A stretch of DNA of 64,000 nt from the human T2T-CHM13v2.0 reference genome, Homo sapiens: NCBI RefSeq assembly GCF_009914755.1, contig NC_060936.1; one strand, 5' to 3'. Made by a program: the position numbers and the translations under genes. Shown here one piece after another: positions 12,801 to 26,882 of the stretch (within the stretch, counting starts at the first letter, position 1; each line of letters starts with the position of its first letter). The notes beneath the pieces are model-generated. The model was not told where the DNA came from and did no database searches. It saw only the letters and a program-made list of their open reading frames with translations.

Positions 12801-13899
12801 TGTTTCACAATTGGAAAACCTAACATTAAAGTAATGGCATTTTAAACTATTATAAGATCAAAAGCTTTTATACAAAAATACCATTTTATACTCTTTTGCT
12901 TTATTTTGTTGTTGTTTGATACGGAAACTGAAATGGGGGTGATGCCCATTTCTAGAAGTGATTCTCCAGATCAATTAAATAGTCACAAATGAATGTTATA
13001 TGAACACATGTACACAGAAATTACTGTTCATTTAACCACCTTGACCATGAGGACAACAGCAGGGCATCAAGAAGAAATAGCGTGTAGTAGGAAGGCCACT
13101 CGACCAAGAGCAGGGAGAACAAGGTCATTTGTCCGGGTTCTCAGATCAACTCATGTGATATTAAGTAACTCATTTAACAAATGTTTATAATATGCCTATG
13201 CAGGTACAGGGATTACTTCTCTTGTTGGAGAGATTGATGGCAGTGGAAAAGCTTGAGGCAGTGGAGAAACATAAGGCCTGGCTTTCCTGGATTCTGACAG
13301 TGTCACTAAAGGGACACTTACTTACCCCTCCTCAGGTAACTTCCACTTCCTGTGTGTTTTCTGGGAAGGACCTACAAAAACCTGGGGATCCTGATGACCT
13401 TGGAGGTTAACTGCACCATAAGCTGAATTACTTCTGGCTCTGGGATGCAGACAGGACTGTTGCCTACACTGGGAGGAAATGAGAAGCCAAATAGCTCCTT
13501 TGCACCTCATCAAAGTGTTAATAATTCTCAATACTTTCATAAACAGCCATCAAATAGAAAATGTGCTTCCTGACACTTTCAGGACAGTGCTCTAATCTGG
13601 TAAAGAGTGATGATAAAGATATTATGACTGCTTAAACTGTACAAGTGCTATGGGGACATAAATTCATAAGCAGACAAAGAACAACCTAGTTAAGGAGATC
13701 CAGTTACCTAAGAGAGGAAGAGCAAGCGGCTCTCACTCTGAATTAAATGGAGGAGTCAGAAGTCATTTTGACAAATTAGTAGTTACCATCAGATCACCTA
13801 CCAAAAATACATTTTCAGAAACATTTAAGTGGAGAATCAGTGAAGAGAAACTAGTTTCTTTTCTGAAGATCAAGTGTTAGAAAATTTAACAAAACAGAG

Positions 13900-14900
<1,001 letters not shown>

Positions 14901-15309
14901 AAAAAGTGATAGTAAACTGAAGACAAATCGAAGGTGATGCTGTGACTATACATTTTAAGTATTAACTTTGAAATAGCTGATAGATGCCTTCTGCAATAGA
15001 AATATCCAAGAGTTGCCTAAAACTATTTGTGTTCGTGTGTGCAGAAGGGGGAGGGAAGGACGGAGGGAGGGAGAGAGAGAAACAGAGAAACAGAGAGAGA
15101 GAGAGATTGATTTAAATACTGTTAACAATTTTACACATTTCGCTCACAATCAGCAGACACCCCAGAATGAATGTGAAATGGAAGACATGACTATTCTTTT
15201 TTCCATCAGTGACATCTTCCACATGCCTCTGACAGTGTATCTCACCGTGTTGAATGCTTCTAGTGTTTGAAGACATAGTCATAGTCTTTAGACTATGTCT
15301 AAAAGACAT

Positions 15310-16333
15310 AGTCACTGAATAGAGACATTTCAGTCAATTATAGACCACATATACTATGGTGGTCCCATAAGATGATACTGAAGCTAGAAATTCCTATAGC
15401 CTAGTAGGTATTATACTGTACTTTTTATTGTTATTTTAAAGTTTACTCCATCCACTTATTTTTTTTAAGTTTACCCTACAACAGCCACAGGTGGATCCTT
15501 CAGAAAGCATCCTAGAAGAAGACATTATCACAGATGACAGCTTCATACATGTTATTGCCTCTGAAGTCCTTCAGAGGCAAGATGTAAAGGCAGAAGGCAG
15601 TGGTATTGGTAATCCTAACTCTGTGTAGGCCTAGGCTAGTGTGTGTGTTTGTGTCTTAGTTTTAACTAAAATATTTAAAAAGTAGGAACAAACTTGAAAA
15701 TAGAAAATTGCATATAGAATAAGGATATAAGGAAAGAAAATACTTTTGTACAGCTGTAAATTGTGTTTGTGTTTTAAATTAACTGTTATTATAAAAGAGT
15801 CTAAAAGCTAAAAAGAATTAAAAACTTTATAAAGTAAAAAATTACAGTAAGCCAAGGATAATTTGTTATTGAGAAAAACATTACTTTATAAATGTAGTAT
15901 AGCCTAAGTGTACAGTGTTTATAAAGTCTACAGTCATGTATGATGTCCTAGGTCTTGATATTTACTCACCACTCACTCACTGACTCACCCACAGCAACTT
16001 TCAGTCCTGCAAGCTTCAGTTATGGTAATTACCCTATTCACATGTACCTTATTATTTTTATGTTGTATTTTTACCAAACCTTGTCTATGTTTAGATATGT
16101 TTAGATACACAAATATTCACTCTTGTATTACAATGGCCTACAGTATTCAATACAATAACCTGTTATACAGGTTTCTAGCCTCAGAGCAATAAGCTATAAC
16201 ATATAGTCTAGATATGTAGCAGGCTTTACCTTATGGGTTTGTGTAAGTACACTCTATGATATCCACATAACAACAAAACTGCCTAATGATATATTTCTCA
16301 GATCTTGCCCCATTGTTAAGTGAGGCATGACTG
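15310..16333 (-). mobile_element. Tigger3/MER7-type Tc-mariner DNA transposon
   Basis: Terminal motifs 'gacatttcagtcaa...accacatatactatggtggtcccataag' and 'gtaagtacactctatgat...gttaagtgaggcatgactg|ta' (TA target). Confidence 0.85.
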
Positions 16334-16461
16334 TACGTTTATTTGAACATTATGGCTTGATAAAGTCTTCATCTTGTGGTCAAGAATAATTAATGCTAAT
16401 TTTGCCTATGTGCAATATTATGACTTAAAAATCTAAACTAAATAAACTGCACCTCTACTGT

Positions 16462-18659
16462 TGCATTTGCCCATTCTTACACTACTATGAAGAAATACCC
16501 AAGACTGGATAATTTATAAAGAAAAGAGGTTTAATTGACTCACAGTTCTGCATGGCTGGTAAGCCCTCAGGAAACTTACAATCATGGCAAAAGGCACCTT
16601 TTCATAGGGCAGTAGAGGAGAGAATGAGTGCCTACCGAAGTGGGAAGCCCTTTATAAAACCATCAGATCTCATGAGAACTAACTCATTATCATGAGAACA
16701 GGATGGAGGAAACCACCCCCATGTTTTAATTATCTCCATCTGGTCTCTCCCACGACATGTGGGGATTATGGGAACTACAATTCAAGAGAGATTTGGGTGG
16801 GGACACAGCCAAACCATATCATTCTACCCCTGGATCCTCCCAAATCTCATGTCCTCACATTTCAAAACACAATCATGCCCTTCCAACAGTATCTCAAAGT
16901 CTTAACTCATTCCAGTATTAACTCAAAAGTCCAAGTACAAAGCCTCATTTGAGACATAGAAAGTCTCTTCTTCCTATGAGCCTGTAAAAATCAAAAGAAA
17001 GTTAGTTACTTCCTAGATACAATTGAAGTACAGGCACTGGGTAAACACACCCTTTCCAAATAGAGAAATTGGCCAAAACAAAGGGGCTACAGGCCCTGTG
17101 CAAGTCCAAAATCCAATAGGGCAGTCACTAAACCTTAAAGTTTCCAAATGATCTCACATCCAGGGCATGTCGATGTAAGGGGTGGGCTCCCATGGCCTTG
17201 AGCAGCTCCTTTCATGGCTGGTATTGAGTGTATGTGGCTTTTCCATGAGCACAGGGAAAGCTGTCCATGGATCTACCATTCTAGGGGCTAGAGGACAGTG
17301 GCCCTCTTCTCACAGCTCCACTAGGCAGTGCCTGAGTGGGGACTCTGTGTGGGGGCTCCAACCCCACATTTCCCTTCCACACAGCTCTAGCAGATGTTTG
17401 CCATGAGGTCTTGTCCCCTGCAGCAAACTTCTGCCTGGACGTCCATGCATTTCCATACATCCTCAGAAATCTAGGTGGAGGTTCTCAAACCTCAATTCTT
17501 AACTTCTGCACACTGCAGGCTCAACACTATGTAGAAGTCATCAAAGCTTGGGGCATGTATTCTCTGAAGCAACAGTCGGAACCATATATTGGCCTCTTTT
17601 AGACATGGCTGGGGTGACTAGGATGCAGGGCACCAAGTCCCAAGGTTGCCTACAGCAGGGGTCCCTGGACCCGGACAAGGCAACCATTTTTTTCTCCTAG
17701 GCCTCTGGGCCTATGATGGAAGGGGCTGCCTTGAAGGTCTCTGACATGCCCTAGAGACATTTTCCCCATTGTCTTGGTGGTTAACATTCAGCTCCTCTTT
17801 ACTTATGCAAATTTTTGAAGCAGGCTTGAATTTCTCCCCAGAAAATGGAGTTTTCTTTTCTATTGCATGGCCAGGCTGTAGATTTTCTAAACTTTTATGC
17901 TCTGCTTCCTCCTGAATGCTTTGTCGCTTAGAAATTTCTTCTGCAAGAAACTCTAAATTATCTCTCTCAAGTTCAAAGTTCCACAGATCCCTAAGGCACG
18001 GGCAAAATGCCACCAGTATTTTTGCATGGCAAGAGTGACCTTTTCCTCAATTCTCAACAAGCTCCTCATCTCCATCTGAGACTATCTCAGCCTGGGCTTC
18101 ACTGTCCATATCACTATCATCATTTTTGTAAAAGCCATTCAACAAGTCACCAGGAAGTTCCAAACTTTCCCACATTTTCCTGTCGTCTTCTGAGCCCTCC
18201 AAACTGTTCCAACCTCTGCCTGTTATCCAGTTCCAAAGTCAATTTCACATTTTTGGGTATCTTTGTAGCAGGACCCCACTCTCTGTGGTACCAATTTACT
18301 GTATTAGTCCTTTCTCATTCTGTTATGAAGAAATATCTGAGACTGGGTATTTTATAAAGGAAAGAAGTTTAATTGACTCACAGTTCTGCATGACTGGGGA
18401 GGCCTCAGGGAACTTAAAATCATGGCGGAAGGTACCTCTTCACAGGGCTGCAGTGGAGAGATTGAGTGCCCAGCAAAGGGGGAAGCCCCTTATAAAACCA
18501 TTAGAACTTGTGAGAACTAACTCACTATCATGAGAACGGATGATGGAAACAGCCCCCATGATTCAATTATCTCCACCTGATCGATCCCATGACACATGGG
18601 AATTATGGGAACTGCAATTCAAGATGAGATTTGGGTGGGGACACAGCCAAACCATGTCA
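16462..18659 (-). mobile_element. Full THE1C-type MaLR provirus (3' LTR 16462-16821, internal, 5' LTR 18300-18659)
   Basis: Two ~360-bp LTRs with THE1C-like 'gaaggtacctcttcacagggc...gaagccccttataaaacca'; internal peptide 'DLWNFELERDNLEFLAEEISKRQSIQ' (ORF 17711-18013). Confidence 0.92.
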
Positions 18660-18849
18660 ATTATAGTTTGGCAAAACCAAGAATTTAGGTATAAAAGCAT
18701 TTTAGAGAACTTGTACTTGGCTATGAAGTGGTGCAGTAAAAAAATTCTAAAGATTTCATCTTGATGTGTTGGAATGGAATGGAGGAAAGGAAATACAACA
18801 AAGGTTTTTGAAGATATTAGGAGAGCTGTAAGAGAATATTTCTTGCCAT

Positions 18850-19500
18850 TCTGCAGCAATAAATTTGAAATTCAAAAGGACCCATGTGAGTTTCTAGCTA
18901 AAAGGAACTGGGTGATTTTCTAGGAAAATATCCAAACTAACTTAAGTAAAAATGGAAAGCCATAGCAGACAGGAATTATATTTGGAATATATTTGGAAGA
19001 TAACTAATACCATAAAAATGCAACTGTTTAAAAAATAGATAATTACACAGTTATTCAAAACATTTTTAATGTTAGTGAAAAGAAAAATTTCTAGTTAGGT
19101 TTATGAGGCTATTATTTGCTTCACAATATAGTATAATACCACAAAAACCATATGTATTTAAAAATATAAATATAAAAATTCTAAATAATTATTAACCAAT
19201 AGAATTGAACAGTCTATCAAAGGTGAATACATTATGATCCAAGTTGGATTTATTTAACAAATGAGAAGACAGCTCAATATCAAGAAACCTATTAAGGCAA
19301 TTAATTATATTAACAAATTAAATAGAAAATAATGTATTACATCATTGCATGCTTAAAACACATATGCTAATTTGAGATATCATTTCTAATTTTTAAAAAT
19401 CAATTATATGGTAATGCAAACAATCTAGTGAAATATAATATTTACTCAAAGCTAATAAAACACATCACACCAAATAAAATTCTATTAACACTTCCATTAA
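18850..19500 (+). mobile_element. Ancient L1ME-like ORF2 fragment
   Basis: 'atacattatgatccaagttggatttatt' corresponds to decayed IHHDQVGFI. Confidence 0.6.
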
Positions 19501-19546
19501 AATGAAGTAACTCTCTCTTTCCTTCTTCTTCCTAGATACGTGTTCA

Positions 19547-19992
<446 letters not shown>

Positions 19993-20792
19993 AGTGCAAA
20001 AGAAAAAGGAATAACCAAAATCCCCAAATCCCATTAATCATCCTCATCAATATTTGATGAATATAGTTCTAGACATATCTTTATTCATATCTAGATGACA
20101 AAAGATAGATTACATGGTTAAAAAATAAAATTATACTATAATGAGAGTATAAACAAAAATATTATGATCAGTTTCCTTGAATTTAACAGAAGAAATTGAA
20201 ATGGAAGCAAACTGAATGAATTGTTAAAATTCAGATAAATATTTCATTCTAATAAATATTAATTTCTCTTAAAATTTGCTGGTTAAGGGAAAACTATATA
20301 AAATACACTTAGAGATTCTATCTCCTTATTTAAACTCTAAGATGCAACTACCGTTACAGCTATAATTCATTGATTTTTCCTATTAAGAAAACAAGGAAAT
20401 TACCACCTTCCCTTCTCCTGTCCACCAATTGTTGAAGTATTATTTTATTAACTCTACATTGTTAAAGTTTATAACATTTGAATTCTGCCTGAAACCGTAA
20501 TTATTATGTTGAGTTCTACAGCACAATAGATTCAGTGTTCTACATTAGTTCTGTGACTGTGACTTCTCCCCTGAGGACATTATTTTGAGCCATCCATCAG
20601 TTGGCTGGTTTTCATTACCAGCAATTTTACAAGAAGGGCTTATGAGTGCTGTGCTCTCTCTGGATGTTACACATTTTGCTGGGCATAAAACTGTTGCATC
20701 ACTTACTTTCCTTCAGCACTTTATAGACAGCTTTTCACTGTCTTCAGACATGGAGTGTTACCATAGGAAAGTCTGAAGGCAATCTGAGTATT

Positions 20793-21463
20793 TGTGATTT
20801 TCGTTTTACGTATTCACTTGACTAAGCTAAGAGATGTCTAGATCGGGGGTAAAATTTTATTTCTGGATGTGTCTATAAGGGTGTTTTCAGAAAAGATTAG
20901 CATTTGAATTAGTAGACTTATTAAATAATACTTGTCTTACTAGTGTGGATAGGCACCATCCAATTTGTTGAGGGTCTGAATAGAACAAAAAGGCAGAGAG
21001 AGGGTGAATTACCTCTTTCTGTCCCTGAGCTGGGATATCTATCTACTTATGCATCTGGACATCAGAGCTCCTGGTTCTCAAGCCTTCAGACTCCGGGATT
21101 TACACCAGAATTCTGCACCTGCCTTCTTTGTTTTTTGAAATCAGACTGAATTACACCACCAGCTTTCCTGGTTCTTGGTTCCCTAGCTTTCAGAAAGCAG
21201 ATGGTAGGATTTTGATTTCCTGACTCCATAATCAAAAGTCAATTCACATAATCATCTCTCTCTCTCTCCCTCTCTCTCTCTCTATATATACACATATATA
21301 TATACACATACATATATATATACATACATATATATACACATACATATATATATATACATACATATATATACACACACATATATATATGTGCCCAGCCTGC
21401 ATTTTATATTTCTTAATTTCTTAATTTTTTGTCATTGTTTTTTAACAATGAACATATACCTAG

Positions 21464-21517
<54 letters not shown>

Positions 21518-21549
21518 TATTGGTAGTTTCTCTGGAAAACCCCAATGCA
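20793..21549 (+). mobile_element. MLT2 (ERV-L) solo LTR with internal (TC)n/(TA)n microsatellite
   Basis: 'tttctggatgtgtctataagggtgttttcagaaaagattagcatttgaatt', 'gactgaattacaccaccagctttcctgg', end 'tattctattggtagtttctctggaaaaccc'. Confidence 0.85.
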
Positions 21550-22154
21550 GAATTTCTCATTGTACATTATCTTTCCCTCTTTGTAGGGTTATCTTTTTCT
21601 CTTTTATCATTACATCTAGTAATTTTACTAAGATATGCTTTTTTATTCATATTTATTTATGTCAATATTTCCTGGGTTTAGAAGCATGTTTTGTTTATTA
21701 AATACATTTTTCTTCTAAGTGTTAAATAATTTTGTACTCTATAAATTCTGTTCTTTTACAGAAATGTCAATTATATATTTTTCATCAATCCTATTATCTT
21801 TTTAATATACCAATATTTCATATATTTATTTTGATTCATGTTGGTGATTACTTTTCGCCTACCCATAATGTCTCTTCCTCTAATTTTAGCCATGTTTATT
21901 CTCTCTTTTATTTAATTCTACTGTAAATTTTATCTTTATAATATTTTGAATTTCTCATAAATTTCTCTCCTCATTTCCAGGTTGCTTTTCACTTCCTTCT
22001 ACCTAATAACAACTTTTTAAAAATATTTCTATCCTTTTTCTTAAATAATTTTCAAGACATAACATGTTATTTGGGATTTCTTTGAACCTAGCTGAAGTAT
22101 TAACTTTTCTGAGGGAATGCATGGGAGGAGCATGCATAGAATATATAGCACAGC

Positions 22155-22448
22155 TGGGCACAATGGCTCATGCCTGTAATCCAGCACTTTGGGAGGCTGA
22201 GGCAGGAGGTCGCTTGAACCTAGGAGTTTAAGTCCAGCCTGGGCAACATAGTGATTCCTCATTTTTACAAAAAATAAACAAAATTAGCTGGGCATGGTGG
22301 CTTAGGCCTGTAGTCTCAGCTGCTTGAAAGGCTGAGGTGGGCATATCCCTCGAACCCAAGAGGAAGAGGTTGCAGTGAACTGAAATCATGTCACTGCACT
22401 CCAGCCTAGGCAACAAAGTGAGAACTTGTCTCAATAAATAAATAAATG
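22155..22448 (+). mobile_element. AluJ
   Basis: Dimer with (TAAA)n tail running into the AT-rich array. Confidence 0.9.
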
Positions 22449-25372
22449 AATATATATTATATATATAAAATATATATATAATATATACATATACACATAT
22501 ATACACATATATACATATATAATATGTATACATATTATATATAATATATATACATATTATATATAATATATATACATGTTATATATGTATATATAATATA
22601 CATGTAATATATGTACATATTATATGTGTATATATCATATACATGTCATATATGTACATATTATAAGTGTATATATCATATACATGTCATATATGTACAT
22701 ATTATATGTGTATATATCATATACATGTCATATATGTACATATTATATGTGTATATATCATATACATGTCATATATGTACATATTATATGTGTATATCAT
22801 ATACATATCATATATGTACATATTATATGTGTATATATCATATACATATCATATATGTACATATTATATGTGTATATATCATATACATATCATATATGTA
22901 CATATTATATGTGTACATATCATATACATATCATATATGTACATATTATATGTGTACATATCATATACATATCATATATGTACATATTATATGTATATAT
23001 CATATATGTACATATTATATATGTATATACAATATATGTACATATTATACATGTATATATAATATACGTATATTATATACATATAATATATAATATAAAA
23101 TATATATATACCATATATAATATATATTATATACTATACATAATATATAGTATATGTTATATACTATACATAATATATAGTATATGTTATATACTATACA
23201 TAATATATAGTATATGTTATATACTATACATAATATATAGTATATGTTATATACTATACATAATATATAGTATATGTTATATACTATACATAATATATAG
23301 TATATGTTATATACTATACATAATATATAGTATATGTTATATACTATACATAATATATAGTATATGTTATATACTATATATAATATATAGTATATGTTAT
23401 ATACTATATATAATATATAGTAAATGTTATATACTATATATAATATATAGTAAATGTTATATACTATATATAATATAGTATATATTATTGTATAATATAA
23501 TATATAATTATATACAAATTATATATATTTATATATTATATATATAATTTATATATATAATATATATTATGTATAATATATGAATATATACTATATCATT
23601 ATTTATATATATAAATATATAATATATATAATAATATATAATATTATATATAATTACACATAGTATTATATTATATATAATATATTATGTATATATTATA
23701 TATTGTATATAATATATTGTTATGTATATATTATATATAATATATAATATATTTATTATATATATTATATTATATTACATATATCATATATAATATATGA
23801 TATATACACATATTATAATGTAATATATGTATATATCATATATAATATGTATAATATATTATATACATATAATAAAATATATAATATATATTATGTATAT
23901 ACTATAATATATAATATATATTATATTTATATAATGTATAATATATAATATATTATGTCATATACATATAATATATAATATATATTATATGCATATAATA
24001 TATATTATAGTATATAACATAATATATGTAATATATATTATAGTATATAACATAATATATGTAATATATATTATAGTATATAATTTAATATATGTAATGT
24101 ATATTATAGTATATAATTTAATATATGTAACGTATATTATAGTGTATAATATATTATATATAATATATTATACGTATATAATGTAATATATCTAATATAT
24201 TATATATATAATATAATATATAATATATTATATGCATAATATATATTATATAACATGATATATGCATAATATGTATTATATAACATATAATATATGCATA
24301 ATATGTATTATATAACATATAATATATATTATATGCATATGATTTAATATAATATATATTATAGTATATGATATAATATATATTTTATGTATATAATATA
24401 ATATATATTTTATGTATATAATATTATATATTATATGTATATGACATAATATATTATATATTATATGTATATAACATAATATATATTATATGTATATAAC
24501 ATAATATATATTATATGTATATAACATAATATATTATATATTATATGTATATAACATAATATATTATATATTATATGTATGTAACATAATATATTATATA
24601 TTATTTGTATGTAACAATATATTACATATTATATGTATATAACATAATATATTATATGTATATAACAATATATAATATATATTATATTTATATAGCATAA
24701 TATATAATATATTATATGTATATAACAAAATATATTATATGTATATAACATAAAATATATTATATGTATATAACATAAAATATATTATATGTATATAACA
24801 TAAAATATATTATATGTATATAACATAAAATATATTATATGTATATATCATAAAATATATTATATGTATATAACATAATATATATGTTATATGTATATAA
24901 CATAATGTATAATATGTTATATGTATATAACATAATGTATAATATGTTATATGTATATAACATAATGTATAATATGTTATATGTATATAACATAATGTAT
25001 AATATATTATATGTATATAACATAATATATAATATATGTATATAACATAATATATAATATATGTATGTAACATAATATATAATATATGTATATAACAATA
25101 TATTACATATTATATGTATATAACTTGATATATTACATATTATATGTATATAACTTGATATATTACATATTATATGTATATAACTTAATATATTACATAG
25201 TATATGTATATAATATAATATATTATATTATATGTATATAATATAATATGTTATATATTATATGTATATAATATATGTATATAATATTATATATATTATA
25301 TATTATATATGTGTATATATGTACATATTATATATAATATACATATATAATAGATATATAATATTCCACAGT

Positions 25373-25420
<48 letters not shown>
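22449..25420. repeat. ~3-kb AT-rich composite minisatellite
   Basis: Sub-arrays include a 41-bp unit (about 22609-23000) and a 30-bp unit x12 (23131-23480), then many TA-rich 20-30-bp units; ends in (TG)n(TA)n. Confidence 0.97.
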
Positions 25421-25422
<2 letters not shown>

Positions 25423-26571
25423 ATTAAATTGTTTTGTTTTGTTTTCAATTCAGAGTGGTATGTGTGCATGTTTGTTACATGGGTATTTTGTGTACTGGTG
25501 AGGATTGGCTTCTAGTGTACCAATTATCCAAGTAATAAACATTGTCCCTGATGGTTTTTTTCAACACTCACTCCCTTCCTACCCACCGCTGTTCTTGGAG
25601 TCCCCGGGATCTATTTCCATCTTTATGTCCATGTGTACCCATTGTTTAGCTCTCACTTTTAGGTGAGAGTATTTGGTATTTGGCTTTCCATTTCTGAGTT
25701 AGATGACTCAGGATAATGGCCTTCAGCTTTGCCCACATTGCTGCAAAGGACATGATTTTATCTTATGCGTAGTATTTCATGATGTATATATACCACATTT
25801 TTTTAAATCCAGTAAACAGTTGATGGGCACTTAACTTTGTTCCATGGCTTTGCTGTTGTGAATAGTGCTACAGTGAACATACAAGTGAAGGTGTCTTTCT
25901 TTTGTAATGTTTTCTTTTCCTTTGGGTGGATACCCAAGAGTGGGATTGCAGGGTCATATAGTGTTACTATTTTTAGTTATTTGAGAAATCCCCATACTAT
26001 TTTCCATAGAGGTTGAACTAACTTACCTTCCCATTAGCAATGTATAAGAATTTCCTTTTCTCTGCATCCATGTCAATATCTGATATTTTTTATTTTTAAT
26101 GATAGCCGTTGTGATTCATGTAAGATGATATTTTAGGGTGATTTTAATTTGCATCTCTCTGAGGATCAGTGATGTTCAAAATTTTTTCATGTTTGTTGGC
26201 CACTTGTATTTCATCTTTTAAAATATCTGTTCATGTCTTTTGCCCACTTTTAAATGAAGTGTTTGTTTTTTTCTTGTTGAGTTGTTTGAGTTTCTTGCAG
26301 CTTCTGGATATTAGTCCTTTGTATAAGGCATAATTTGCAAATATTTTCTCCAATTCTGTATGTTATCTGTTTCTCTGTTGATTACTTCTTTTGCTGGCCA
26401 TAAGCTTTTTAGTTTAATCAAGTCTCATTTGTGTATTTTTGTTTTTGTTGCATTTGCTTTAGGGTCTTCCTCATACATTCTTTGCCAAGGCCCATTGGTA
26501 AGAAGAATTTTTCCTAGGTTTTATTCTAGGATTTTTACACTTTCTGTTCTTATGTGTAAGGCTTTACTCCA

Positions 26572-26882
26572 GGCCAGGCACAGTGGCTCATGCCTGTAAT
26601 CCCAGCACTTTGGTAGGCTGAGGTGGGCAGGTTACTTGAGGTCAGGAGTTTAAGACCAACCTGGCCAACATGGTGAAATCCTATTTTAGTACACCAAAAA
26701 TACAAAACTTAGCCAGGCATGGTGATGGACACCTGTAATCCCAGCTACTCAGGGGGCTGAGGCAGGAGAATTACTTGAATCCAGGAGGCAGTGTTTATGG
26801 TAACCAGAGATCATGCCACTTCACTCTAGCCTGGGTGACAGAATAAGACTCTTTCTAAATAATAACAATAATAACAATAAAA
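26572..26882 (+). mobile_element. AluS inside the old L1
   Basis: Full dimer; TSD aaggctttactc / aagactttaattc. Confidence 0.92.

Noticed and set aside
22611-23478. ORFs of 131-284 aa rich in Y/I/C
   Set aside because: These are translations of the 41-bp and 30-bp tandem units and have no coding signature.
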